A stretch of 64,000 bases of DNA from Sphingomonas sp. GTDB lineage: Bacteria; Pseudomonadota; Alphaproteobacteria; Sphingomonadales; Sphingomonadaceae. Made by a program: the position numbers and the translations under genes. Positions 1 through 9,678 of this stretch are shown one piece after another (the stretch's first letter is position 1; the number at the start of each line of letters is the position of its first letter). The notes beneath the pieces are model-generated. The model saw only the letters and a list, made by a program, of their open reading frames with translations. It did not search any database and was not told the origin of the DNA. Location of the stretch: contig JBQCHO010000109.1 of NCBI GenBank assembly GCA_051954635.1, positions 10,411 through 74,410 on the forward strand, given 5' to 3'.

Positions 1-68
1 GGAGGGGAAGGAGGCTCTTCTCGATAGTCCGAGCGTGACGACCGGCGACACGGCTATCAAGGCCCGCG

Positions 69-139
69 GGTTCCCCCCAATTTGCTGCGCAAATCGGTTC
101 CCCCCACGTCCGCTGCGCGGCGCTTCGCTGACGCTGCGC
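69..139 (+). repeat. Iteron-like direct repeats upstream of the first ICE ORF
   Basis: GGTTCCCCCCA occurs at 69-79 and 96-106. Each copy is followed 4-5 nt later by GCTGCGC (84-90, 112-118), and a third GCTGCGC is at 133-139. Confidence 0.6.
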
Positions 140-217
140 GGCCCTGACAGCCGCGCCGCCGCCCGTCTTCAGGAACGCCGTTCTCGATGATGAGGACGCA
201 GCAAGCTGGAGGCAGTC

Positions 218-577
218 ATGGGCAATTTTCAAACCATCGGAACGGCGTCGGATCGGGTGCTGACGCGGCTAGTCGCCGGGCTCGAAATGGAGTTCGGGCG
301 CGGCGCTGGCGAGGCATTGGCGCAGCGATTTCTGGCAGCGGAAGATGCCGATTTCCACTGGGACGCGCGGATCGAGGAGCGCTGGCTCGGCTCTTATGAG
401 AGCACCGATGACCAGGATTTCGATCTCGATCGGATCGCAATTTGCGGTCGGTTGGATGGCTGCTGGTACGCGAGCGTGATGCTCGTAGATGGCGACGGCA
501 TGGCGCATGGGATGATCGCCAATCGGGTCTGTCGCGGCCGCAAAGCAGCAATCAGGGCGATGGCCGATGCCCATTGA
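218..577 (+). CDS. Hypothetical ICE-associated protein (119 aa)
   Basis: GGAGG lies 6 nt upstream of the ATG. The ORF reads protein-like and sits directly upstream of the relaxase region. I recognise no family. Confidence 0.5.
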   Translation: MGNFQTIGTASDRVLTRLVAGLEMEFGRGAGEALAQRFLAAEDADFHWDARIEERWLGSYESTDDQDFDLDRIAICGRLDGCWYASVMLVDGDGMAHGMIANRVCRGRKAAIRAMADAH

Positions 578-660
578 TGGGTCGGTCTTCGGTGGGGAAG
601 GGCGGCGCCGGCGCGGTGCTGCCCTTTTCCTTTGTCTGCACCGAGGAGCGCGCGCGCAAG

Positions 661-696
661 GGGGGAAGGGAAAACAAGGGGGAAAGGGAAAACAAG
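661..696 (+). repeat. Purine-rich 18-bp tandem repeat (2 copies) in the relaxase leader
   Basis: GGGGGAAGGGAAAACAAG (661-678) and GGGGAAAGGGAAAACAAG (679-696) match at 17/18 positions. They are flanked by TTGTCTGCAC at 632-641 and 731-740. Confidence 0.8.
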
Positions 697-837
697 ATAA
701 AGGCAATGTCTCGCGACCCTGCCCAAGTGATTGTCTGCACATCGTTTCTTCGAGAGACGCCAGGCTGTCGGCACGAGCTACCTCGGCGGCGAACCCCGCA
801 AAAGCGGGCAATTTTACCGAATTTCGCGAGACTCGCG

Positions 838-2808
838 GTGGATGATGAGGAATTCACGCCGAAGCTGGGCCGCTCAAGGAGGAAGGACGGCAAGAAGGTC
901 CTGCGCTACGGCAGCCGCGTCGTCATTGCGGCGCGTCTCGCTGGCGCAAAAACCGGCATTGTCGGCCGCCGATTCGACGGCAGCCGAATCGGCCGCGGCG
1001 CGAGTATCGGCAGACTGCTGTCGAGCGGCGATCGCTTTGCCGGCATGCGGACCCGCCGCGCGATCGTGAAAACCCGCCTCGTTCGATTGGGAGCGAAGGG
1101 CCTTCGCGGTGCCCGTGCTCACCTGCGCTACATCCAGCGCGACGGTGTGACGCGAGAAGGCGCAGCGGGTCAGCTGTATGGGCCTGGCGTCGACCGGGCG
1201 GACGGCAAGGCTTTCCTTGAGCGTTGTGATGGCGACCGCCATCAGTTCCGCTTCATCGTATCGGCAGAGGACGGTGCCGAATATGCCGATCTCAAACCCT
1301 ATGTCCGTCGCTTGATGGGCCAGGCTGAGCAGGATCTTGGTACCAAGCTCGAATGGGTCGCGGTTGATCATTTCAACACCGATCGGCCACACACCCATAT
1401 CATGTTACGCGGCGTCGACGATCGGGGCGATAATCTGATCATCGCCCGCGAATATATTGCGCATGGCTTTCGCGAGCGCGCCGCTGAACTGGCAACGCTC
1501 GATCTCGGCCCCCGGACCGACCGTGAAATCGAAGCAAGGTTGCGCCACGACGTCGACCAAGAAAGGTTGACTGCGATCGACCGTCGGCTGCTTGGGCGGA
1601 TGAACGCGGAACGTGTCGTCACCGTGGCAAGCGAGAATGCGCTACAGCAATCGGTCTCCGCTGGCCGGTTGCGCAAGCTGGGCAATATGGGCCTGGCCGA
1701 GAATTTGGGACAGGGTCGCTGGCGTCTCGCCGAAGGCCTCGATGACACGCTTCGGAGAATGGGAGAGCGCGGCGACATCGTCCGGATCATGCAGCGCGAG
1801 TTGACCGCTCGGAACCTGGATCGTGCCGGCGTCGACCGGCAAATACACGACAGGCTCGATCAGTCGATCGTGGGACGTGTCGTCCATCGCGGCTTTTCGG
1901 ACGAGCTTCGTGATCGCCACTATTTAATCGTCGATGGCCTCGACGGACGCGTCCATTATCTCGAGATCGGTCGCGGTGATCAAGGCGACGCCACCCCCGA
2001 GGGATCGATTGTCCGCGTACAGGCAAGAAGCGCCGGCGTACGTGAGGCCGATAGGACGGTGGCGGAGGTCGCCGCAGCCAATGGTGGCCGCTATTCTGTC
2101 GAGGCGCATCTGCGCTACGATGCGCGTGCAAGCCAGGCTTTTGCCGAGACCCATATTCGCCGACTGGAAGCGATGCGGCGCGCAGGAATCGGCGTCGCAC
2201 GCGACGCCGACGGAACTTGGTCGATCGCAGCAGACCATCTAGACCGCGCGGCGGTTCACGAAGCGCGAAGTCTGCGCGATCAGCCGGTGACGGTCGAGAT
2301 GGTATCGGCGCTTCCACTCGCTGGACTCGAAAAGCTTGACGCCGCGACATGGCTGGATCGTGAGTTGGTCTCCGCGACACCCTTGCCGATCCGCGACGTC
2401 GGCTTTGGTCGCCAGGTTCGCGCCGCACTTGACGCGCGGCGACAATGGTTGATCGAACAGGATCTCGCCGAGCTGGACGGCGCCAAGCTTCGTCTGAAAT
2501 CCAATGCGATCTTGCTTCTCCAGCGCCGCGAATTGATCGGCGCAGGGGAACAAATTGCCGCAGAGCTCGGCAAGCCGTTCGTCGAGGCTCAGGTGGGCGC
2601 TCCTGTCGAAGGTCGGCTCACGCGTCGCGTCGACCTTGCCAGCGGGCGCTTCGCGCTCGTCGAACGGTCACGTGATTTCACGCTTGTCCCGTGGCGGCCA
2701 GTGCTCGAACGGCGGATCGGCAGCAGTGTCAGCGGTCTGATGCGATCGGATGGAGTCAACTGGCGGTTCGGTCGACACCGGGATGGACCGACTATTTCGT
2801 GGCCGTAG
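838..2808 (+). CDS. Conjugative relaxase (VirD2-like relaxase/mobilisation nuclease with DUF3363-type C-terminal region)
   Basis: N-terminus VDDEEFTPKLGRSR is typical of this family, so I chose the GTG at 838 inside the longer ORF 442-2808. Also present: RAHLRYIQRDG and the histidine motif HTHIMLRG. The gene lies upstream of traG. Confidence 0.8.
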   Translation: MDDEEFTPKLGRSRRKDGKKVLRYGSRVVIAARLAGAKTGIVGRRFDGSRIGRGASIGRLLSSGDRFAGMRTRRAIVKTRLVRLGAKGLRGARAHLRYIQRDGVTREGAAGQLYGPGVDRADGKAFLERCDGDRHQFRFIVSAEDGAEYADLKPYVRRLMGQAEQDLGTKLEWVAVDHFNTDRPHTHIMLRGVDDRGDNLIIAREYIAHGFRERAAELATLDLGPRTDREIEARLRHDVDQERLTAIDRRLLGRMNAERVVTVASENALQQSVSAGRLRKLGNMGLAENLGQGRWRLAEGLDDTLRRMGERGDIVRIMQRELTARNLDRAGVDRQIHDRLDQSIVGRVVHRGFSDELRDRHYLIVDGLDGRVHYLEIGRGDQGDATPEGSIVRVQARSAGVREADRTVAEVAAANGGRYSVEAHLRYDARASQAFAETHIRRLEAMRRAGIGVARDADGTWSIAADHLDRAAVHEARSLRDQPVTVEMVSALPLAGLEKLDAATWLDRELVSATPLPIRDVGFGRQVRAALDARRQWLIEQDLAELDGAKLRLKSNAILLLQRRELIGAGEQIAAELGKPFVEAQVGAPVEGRLTRRVDLASGRFALVERSRDFTLVPWRPVLERRIGSSVSGLMRSDGVNWRFGRHRDGPTISWP

Positions 2809-3231
2809 CTCGCCACCTCGCCGGCATATTCTCGTCCGATGCGCTCATGCGATAAGCCGCCGTTATTATGTTTTCACCGACACTGGCCGACATAGTCGCT
2901 GCCAAGGGAATCGTTGGATTTCCCGGCGAACGGGGATAGGGGGCACCGCCGCGAACAGGGGCGTTCGGCGAGCGTTCGCAGACAATGCGGCCTCACGGCG
3001 TCGTGGACAAAGACGCATGCCTCGACTCGCGATCTAATTGTCACCGACTCGCCTCATTCAAGAGCGCTGATCAGCATGGCACGGTTCGCTTCGAATATGC
3101 TCGAACCGCCTTCGGCGCTTTGAATGGCCCCACATCGGTACCTGCGTGCCCCAGAGAGGGTCTGATCAAGCGATCGAGGAAGTGGGAGCTTAGCGCCCAG
3201 CCCGCAAAGAATGTGCGGGGCAGAGGTGCTC

Positions 3232-5259
3232 ATGACCCCTACAAAATTGCTTATTGGTCAAATCCTGATCGTTTTCGCGATCGTGCTCGCGGGAATCTGG
3301 GTTGCGACACAATGGGCTGCTGCTCAACTCGGCTACCAGCCGGAACTTGGCGCGCCTTGGTCCGCCGTTGCCGGCATACCAATTTATCGCCCGTGGGAGA
3401 TCTTTCCCTGGTGGTATAAGTTCGACGCTTATGCGCCGCGTATATTCGGGCGCGCGGGTGCGATTTCCGCTGCCAGCGGCTTTGCCGGCTGTGGCGCGGC
3501 GATCGCCGGTTCGTTATGGCGCGCCCGAGAGCGCCGAACGGTAACGACTTATGGCTCGGCGCATTGGGCGTCTTTTCTTGAAACGAAGGCGGCTGGCCTG
3601 TTCAGCGACGCCGGCATCTTTGTCGGCCGGCTCGGCGGACGCTATCTCCGACACGACGGTCCCGAGCATGTTATGGCCTTCGCGCCGACGCGCTCGGGCA
3701 AGGGTGTTGGTCTCGTGGTCCCGACATTGCTCGGTTGGTCGGGGTCGGCGGTCGTTCATGACATCAAGGGTGAAAACTGGCAGTTAACCGCCGGCTGGCG
3801 CGCACAATTCTCGCATTGTCTGCTGTTCAACCCCACCGACGAACGTTCTGCACGCTATAACCCTTTGCTCGAAGTGCGCCGCGGCACCGACGAAGTGCGT
3901 GACGTCCAGAATATCGCCGACGTCCTGGTCGATCCGGAAGGTGCGCTCGATCGGCGCAATCACTGGGAGAAGACCAGCCATTCGCTGCTGGTCGGTGCCA
4001 TTCTTCACATTCTGTATGCCGATGCAGAGAAGACGCTCAGTCGCGTCGCAACCTTTCTATCTGATCCGAAGCGTCCCTTTGTAGCGACGCTGGACGCCAT
4101 GATGACCACCAATCATCTAGGCACTCCCGAGGCGCCAGCAGTTCATCCTGTCGTGGCTTCGGCAGCTCGCGAACTGCTCAATAAGAGCGAAAACGAACGG
4201 TCCGGCGTCTTGTCGACGGCAATGTCGTTCCTTGGTCTTTATCGCGATCCGACAGTTGCTGCCGTCACCTCTGCATCCGACTGGCGGATCGCCGATCTTG
4301 TCGAAGGCGAACACCCGGTCTCCCTCTATCTGGTCGTCCCGCCTTCTGACATCAGTCGTACCAAGCCGCTGATCCGCCTCCTACTGAACCAGATCGGGCG
4401 TCGTCTCACCGAGCATCTCCAGGCCGACAATCAGCCGGACCGACATCGGCTGCTCCTGATGCTCGACGAATTCCCCGCGCTCGGCCGCCTCGATTTCTTC
4501 GAGACGAGCCTGGCCTTTCTAGCAGGCTACGGAGTTCGCGCTTTCCTGATCGCGCAAAGTCTCAATCAGATCGAGAAAGCCTATGGCGAGTACAACGCCA
4601 TTCTCGACAATTGCCATGTTCGCATCGCCTTTGCGACGAACGACGAGCGCACTGCCAAACGCATCTCCGACGCCCTCGGTACCGCCACGGAGCAGCGCGC
4701 GATGCGCAATTATGCCGGTCACCGCCTCGCGCCGTGGCTCGCCCATGTCATGGTCAGCCGGCAGGAGACCGCGCGGGCATTGCTGACGCCGGGCGAGGTC
4801 ATGCAGCTGCCACCGGTCGACGAATTGGTGCTGGTGGCGGGCCATGCACCGGTTCGCGCCCAGAAGCTGCGCTACTACGAAGATCGCACCTTCAAGGAGC
4901 GCCTTCTTTCCCCGCCGACGCTCGGGCGCGAGCGCTATCTCGATCTGCCAAAGGCGCGTCCCGATGATTGGCGAGATCTCGTTCGCGGCCCCGATACTCG
5001 CCTCGAACAATCCGTCGATCAAAACGTGGAAGAATTTGGCGGTAATCCCGAACAGGTTCGCCAACCGGTCCTCGAAGTCGTTCAAGCAGCACCTGTCGAT
5101 CTGCCGACTGCCGACATCCTCGGTCTCGGTGACGATGATGGGGACGCTGCTGCCGATCAGCGCGCGATGGACCAGGTGCGGGCGCTCGCAGCGCCGCGCA
5201 CGCTCTATGCCGTCGATGCGGCGTCCTGCCGCCCCGACGATCTGCAGTTGGACCTCTGA
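3232..5259 (+). CDS. traG: Type IV coupling protein TraG/VirD4
   Basis: N-terminal TM segment (MTPTKLLIGQILIVFAIVLAGIWVATQW). Walker A-like APTRSGKGVG and Walker B-like LLLMLDEF. An alternative start is at 3211. Confidence 0.9.
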   Translation: MTPTKLLIGQILIVFAIVLAGIWVATQWAAAQLGYQPELGAPWSAVAGIPIYRPWEIFPWWYKFDAYAPRIFGRAGAISAASGFAGCGAAIAGSLWRARERRTVTTYGSAHWASFLETKAAGLFSDAGIFVGRLGGRYLRHDGPEHVMAFAPTRSGKGVGLVVPTLLGWSGSAVVHDIKGENWQLTAGWRAQFSHCLLFNPTDERSARYNPLLEVRRGTDEVRDVQNIADVLVDPEGALDRRNHWEKTSHSLLVGAILHILYADAEKTLSRVATFLSDPKRPFVATLDAMMTTNHLGTPEAPAVHPVVASAARELLNKSENERSGVLSTAMSFLGLYRDPTVAAVTSASDWRIADLVEGEHPVSLYLVVPPSDISRTKPLIRLLLNQIGRRLTEHLQADNQPDRHRLLLMLDEFPALGRLDFFETSLAFLAGYGVRAFLIAQSLNQIEKAYGEYNAILDNCHVRIAFATNDERTAKRISDALGTATEQRAMRNYAGHRLAPWLAHVMVSRQETARALLTPGEVMQLPPVDELVLVAGHAPVRAQKLRYYEDRTFKERLLSPPTLGRERYLDLPKARPDDWRDLVRGPDTRLEQSVDQNVEEFGGNPEQVRQPVLEVVQAAPVDLPTADILGLGDDDGDAAADQRAMDQVRALAAPRTLYAVDAASCRPDDLQLDL

Positions 5260-5261
5260 CC

Positions 5262-5660
5262 ATGGTCGAGAAGGTCCGCCATCAGCTTTTTCTGCCGAAG
5301 CCCCTTAGCGACAGACTGGAAGCGCTCGCAGCAAAGCCGGGCGTGTCGAAGTCGGCACTCCTTGCAGACGCCCTGACAGCATCGCTCAATAGCCGGGGCG
5401 CGTGTGAGCTCGACCAACGGTTCGGACATCGCCTTGATCGCATCTCGTCCGCTCTCTCGCGGCTTGAGCGTGATGGTCATGTGATTCTCGAAACCTTGGC
5501 GCTGTTCGTCAGGTTTGAGTTGTCGATCCAGGTTCCGCTTGCCGAGAATGATCACGCGGGCCGCGCAATCGCCGCGAAGCGGTTCGAGGCTTTCGTCATG
5601 CAGGTCGGCAGGCAGATGGCTGCCGGCCGGCGCAGCATCGGCGCGGAGCAGGATCGATGA
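5262..5660 (+). CDS. CopG-family ribbon-helix-helix protein preceding trbB
   Basis: N-terminal RHH-like KVRHQLFLPKPLSDRLEALAAKPGVSKSALLADAL. It keeps the conserved position between traG and trbB. Its stop overlaps the trbB start (ATGA). Confidence 0.7.
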   Translation: MVEKVRHQLFLPKPLSDRLEALAAKPGVSKSALLADALTASLNSRGACELDQRFGHRLDRISSALSRLERDGHVILETLALFVRFELSIQVPLAENDHAGRAIAAKRFEAFVMQVGRQMAAGRRSIGAEQDR

Positions 5661-6646
5661 GCGGTCCGCTCGCCCATGACCGCCGACGCACAATGCTGCG
5701 AACTGCTTTGGGTTCGGAGATCTCGCTGGCCCTTGCCGAGGCCAAGGTCATCGAGATCATGGTCAACCCGGACGGTGCACTTCGCCTCGACCGTCTCGGC
5801 GAAGGGCGCGTCGATACCGGAATCAGGATCGCGCCTGACCAAGTCGAGCGCATTATCCGCCTCGTCGCGAGCCATGCCCGCACAGAGATTCATAACGAAC
5901 GACCAATCATCTCGGCGGAGCTGCCGCCACACGGGGAGGGGGCAGGGGAGCGCTTCGAGGGATTGCTCCCGCCTGTCTCGCTTGCGCCGTGCTTCTCGAT
6001 CCGCAAGCCCGCAACGCGCGCCTACACGCTGATGGATTATGTGACTGACGGCATCATGTCCGCCGACTCCGCGCGCCTGCTTTCGCTGGCGGTGGTCGAG
6101 CGGCGCAATATCCTCGTCGCCGGTGGGACCAGTTCGGGCAAGACGACGCTCGCCAACGCGCTCCTCGCCGAAATCGGCGCGCAAGACGAGCGCGTGATCC
6201 TGATCGAGGACACGCGCGAGCTGCAATCTCCAGCCGCCGACACCGTCGCCCTTCGTACCCGCGCCGGAGCGGTCAGCATGGCAGACCTGGTCCGCTCGAC
6301 GCTGCGCCTGCGCCCCGACCGGATCGTGGTCGGCGAAGTGCGCGGCCCCGAAGCGCTCGACATGCTCAAGGCGTGGAATACCGGGCATCCCGGCGGGATC
6401 GCCACCGTCCACGCCAACAGTGCGATCTCGGCGCTCTACCGGATCGAGCAGCTCGTCCAGGAAGCTGTCGTTACCGTGCCTGCGCGGCTGATCGCCGAGG
6501 CGATCGACATGATCGTCTTCATCACCGGCCGGGGCACCGCGCGCCGCATCGAGACGATCGCGCGCGTGACCGGCCTCGATCCCGACGGTGGCTACGCCGT
6601 CTTCGACATCACCCCGGAAACCCTAGTCGACTTGTCAGGAGATTGA
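5657..6646 (+). CDS. trbB: P-type conjugative transfer ATPase TrbB (VirB11 family)
   Basis: Walker A GGTSSGKTT and Walker B-like ERVILIEDTRE. Position in the trb operon. Confidence 0.9.
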   Translation: MSGPLAHDRRRTMLRTALGSEISLALAEAKVIEIMVNPDGALRLDRLGEGRVDTGIRIAPDQVERIIRLVASHARTEIHNERPIISAELPPHGEGAGERFEGLLPPVSLAPCFSIRKPATRAYTLMDYVTDGIMSADSARLLSLAVVERRNILVAGGTSSGKTTLANALLAEIGAQDERVILIEDTRELQSPAADTVALRTRAGAVSMADLVRSTLRLRPDRIVVGEVRGPEALDMLKAWNTGHPGGIATVHANSAISALYRIEQLVQEAVVTVPARLIAEAIDMIVFITGRGTARRIETIARVTGLDPDGGYAVFDITPETLVDLSGD

Positions 6647-6648
6647 TC

Positions 6649-6975
6649 ATGCCCGCATCCCAATTTCGCCGTCGCGCCGTCCTGGCGAGCCTCGCGCTTG
6701 GAGCGGCGTTGTGCGCCGCCCCGGCTCAAGCCTCGGGTACCGGCATGCCGTGGGAGCAACCGCTCCAGCAAGTCCTCGAGTCGGTGCAAGGCCCGGTCGC
6801 CAAGATCGTCGCGGTGCTGATTATCATCTCGACCGGCTTGGCGCTGGCCTTTGGCGAGACCGCCGGCGGCTTTCGCAAGCTCATCCAGATCATCTTCGGC
6901 CTGTCGATCGCTTTCGCGGCCTCATCCTTCTTTCTCACCTTCTTCAGCTTCGGTGGCGGGGCGTTGGTCGCATGA
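6649..6975 (+). CDS. trbC: Conjugal pilin TrbC (VirB2 family)
   Basis: 108 aa with a signal peptide (AVLASLALGAALCAAPAQA) and two hydrophobic helices. Internal ATG of ORF 6373-6975. Confidence 0.8.
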   Translation: MPASQFRRRAVLASLALGAALCAAPAQASGTGMPWEQPLQQVLESVQGPVAKIVAVLIIISTGLALAFGETAGGFRKLIQIIFGLSIAFAASSFFLTFFSFGGGALVA

Positions 6976-7241
6976 GCGATGGACGCTCCATCGAAGGTTT
7001 CGAGGTGGTGATCCATCCCAGTCTCGGCTCGCCGCTCCTGCTCGCGGGCGCGCCGCGCGGGCTCGCCATCCTCAACGGGACGCTCGCGGCGGCAATCGGG
7101 CTCGGTTTGCAGCAATGGCTGGTCGGCCTCGTGCTGTGGCTGCTCGGCCATAGTCTCGCGGTGTTCGCGGCGCGACGCGATCCCGATTTCGCGCCCGTCC
7201 TGCTGCGCCACCTGCGCCAGAAGGGACATCTCGGATGCTGA
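6972..7241 (+). CDS. trbD: TrbD (VirB3 family)
   Basis: 89 aa membrane protein between trbC and trbE. The start overlaps the trbC stop. Confidence 0.8.
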   Translation: MSDGRSIEGFEVVIHPSLGSPLLLAGAPRGLAILNGTLAAAIGLGLQQWLVGLVLWLLGHSLAVFAARRDPDFAPVLLRHLRQKGHLGC

Positions 7242-9673
7242 ACCTCGCCGAATACCGCCGGCATGCCGACCGTCTCGCCGATCATCTTCCCTGGGCCGCG
7301 TTAATCGCGCCGGGGGTGGTCCTCAACAAGGATGGCAGCTTTCTCTCGGTGCTCGCGTTCCGCGGCCCCGATCTGGAAAGCGCGACCGAGGCCGAGCTTG
7401 TCGGCACCTGCGCGCGGGCCAACAATGTGCTCAAGCGGTTCGAGTCGGGATGGGCGTTGTTCTTCGAAGCCGAGCGGCGCGAGGCGCCGGGCTATCCCGT
7501 CTCGACCTTCCCCGACTCCGCCTCGTGGTTGGTCGATGCCGAACGCCGCGCCGGGTTCGAGGCCGAAGGCCGTCATTTCGAGAGCCGCTTCCATCTCACG
7601 CTGACCTGGCTGCCCGGCCCCGACAGTAGCGACAAGGCCGGCCGATCGCTGGTCGCAAATCCAGATAGTGACGGCGCCCGCGACTGGCGCGCCAGCCTCG
7701 CCAGCTTCGTCGCCGAGACGGCGCGCGTTCTCGACCTCTTTGCCGGCTTCATGCCCGAAGTGCGCGCGCTCGCCTCGGCCGAGTTGCTGACCTACCTGCA
7801 CGGCACCGTCTCTCGCCGGCCCCACCGGGTCGCCGTTCCCGAAACGCCGATGTATCTCGACGCCTTGCTGGCCGACACGCCGCTCACCGGCGGGCTCGCA
7901 CCGATGCTCGGCGATCAGCATCTGCGCACGCTCACCGTGCTCGGTTTCCCCAATATGAGCCGGCCCGGCATCCTCGATGCCCTCAACGCGTGCGACTTCG
8001 GCTATCGCTGGGTGACCCGCTTCATTGCGCTCGACAAGGCCGAGGCGACCAGGACGCTGACCAAATTGCGGCGGCAGTGGTTCAACAAGCGCAAGTCGAT
8101 CACTGCGCTGCTGCGCGAGGTGATGTACAACCAGCCCGCGCAATTGCTCGACAGCGATGCCGACAATAAGGTCATCGATGCCGACCTCGCGCTGCAGGCA
8201 CTCGGCGGCGACCATGTCGCGTTCGGCTATCTCACCGCCACAGTCACCGTCGCCGACGCCGATCGTGCCCGCGCGGAGGACAAGGTCCGCAGCATCGAGC
8301 GGATCGTCAACGGCCTCGGCTTCACCTGCGTGCGCGAAGGCGTCAATGCGGTCGAAGCATGGCTATCGTCACTTCCCGGCCACGCCTATGCGAATGTCCG
8401 CCAGCCGCTCGTCCACACACTCAATCTCGCGCACCTCATGCCGCTATCGTCGGTCTGGGCCGGGCCGGTAGCAAACGACCATCTCGAAGGTCCGCCCCTG
8501 CTTTACGCCCAGACCGCGGGATCGACGCCGTTCCGGCTGTCGACCCATGTCGGCGACGTTGGTCATATGCTGCTGGTCGGTCCGACGGGCGCCGGCAAGT
8601 CGGTGCTGCTCGCGCTGATCGCGCTGCAGTTCCGACGCTATCCGAATGCGCAGATCTTCATCTTCGACAAGGGGAATTCGGCGCGCGCCGCGGTGCTGGC
8701 GATGGGCGGCGCGCATCACGCGCTTGGCGACGCAGGCGAGGCAGCGGCGCTTGCCTTTCAACCGCTGCGCGCGATCGACGACGATGCTGAGCGCGCTTGG
8801 GCAGCCGAATGGCTGACCGCTCTTCTTGTCGCAGAGAACGTCCCGGTCACGCCCGAAATCAAGGTGTCACTTTGGTCTGCGCTGGCAAGCCTCGCGTCGG
8901 CGCCGCCTGACGAGCGAACCATGACCGGTCTCTCCTTGCTCCTGCAGTCCAACGCGCTGCGCAGCGCGCTCAGCCCCTACACGCTCGACGGGCCGCACGG
9001 CCGCTTGCTCGATGCTGCCGAACAGACATTTGCGCTTTCTGACATTCAGTGTTTCGAGACCGAAGCGCTGATGGGGCAGGCAGGCGTCGTCGCACCGGTG
9101 CTCACCTATCTATTCCATCGGCTCGAAGAGCGCTTCGATGGACGCCCGACGCTGTTGGTGCTCGACGAAGCATGGATTTTCCTCGACCATCCCTTGTTCG
9201 CCGCACGCATTCGCGAGTGGCTCAAGACGCTTCGCAAGAAGAACGTGGCGGTGCTGTTTGCGACGCAGAGCCTCGCCGACATCGCCGACAGCGCGATCGC
9301 TCCCGCCATCATCGAAAGCTGCCCGCAACGCCTCCTGTTGCCCAATGATCGTGCCATCGAGCCGCAATCTCGCGCAGCCTATGCGCGCTTCGGCCTCAAT
9401 GATCGGCAGGTCGAGCTGGTCGCGAGGGCCACCCCCAAGCGACATTATTATCTTCAATCGGCGCGCGGCAATCGCTTGTTCGAACTCGGTCTCGGTCCCC
9501 TCGCGCTGTCGCTTTGCGGGGCGTCGGACCCGGCCGCGCAGGCGCGGATCGATGCGCTGTTCGCCGAACACGGTACCGGCGACTTCGCTGCGCGCTGGTT
9601 CGATGCCGCCGACCTCGGTTGGGCCGCTTCCGCGCTTGCCGACTTTCCTCATTCGCCACCCAACAAGGAGTGA
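7235..9673 (+). CDS. trbE: Conjugal transfer ATPase TrbE (VirB4 family)
   Basis: 812 aa. Walker A GPTGAGKSV and Walker B LLVLDEAW. Confidence 0.92.
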   Translation: MLNLAEYRRHADRLADHLPWAALIAPGVVLNKDGSFLSVLAFRGPDLESATEAELVGTCARANNVLKRFESGWALFFEAERREAPGYPVSTFPDSASWLVDAERRAGFEAEGRHFESRFHLTLTWLPGPDSSDKAGRSLVANPDSDGARDWRASLASFVAETARVLDLFAGFMPEVRALASAELLTYLHGTVSRRPHRVAVPETPMYLDALLADTPLTGGLAPMLGDQHLRTLTVLGFPNMSRPGILDALNACDFGYRWVTRFIALDKAEATRTLTKLRRQWFNKRKSITALLREVMYNQPAQLLDSDADNKVIDADLALQALGGDHVAFGYLTATVTVADADRARAEDKVRSIERIVNGLGFTCVREGVNAVEAWLSSLPGHAYANVRQPLVHTLNLAHLMPLSSVWAGPVANDHLEGPPLLYAQTAGSTPFRLSTHVGDVGHMLLVGPTGAGKSVLLALIALQFRRYPNAQIFIFDKGNSARAAVLAMGGAHHALGDAGEAAALAFQPLRAIDDDAERAWAAEWLTALLVAENVPVTPEIKVSLWSALASLASAPPDERTMTGLSLLLQSNALRSALSPYTLDGPHGRLLDAAEQTFALSDIQCFETEALMGQAGVVAPVLTYLFHRLEERFDGRPTLLVLDEAWIFLDHPLFAARIREWLKTLRKKNVAVLFATQSLADIADSAIAPAIIESCPQRLLLPNDRAIEPQSRAAYARFGLNDRQVELVARATPKRHYYLQSARGNRLFELGLGPLALSLCGASDPAAQARIDALFAEHGTGDFAARWFDAADLGWAASALADFPHSPPNKE

Positions 9674-9678
9674 CTGCC

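Noticed and set aside
661-696. CRISPR-like array (also considered for 34817-34846)
   Set aside because: There are only two adjacent repeat copies with no spacers. No cas genes are anywhere in the window.
442-837. N-terminal 132-codon extension of the relaxase ORF
   Set aside because: The extension covers the purine-rich tandem repeat and reads as low-complexity Arg/Gly sequence. Family-typical N-terminal residues (DDEEFTPKLGR) begin at the GTG at 838.
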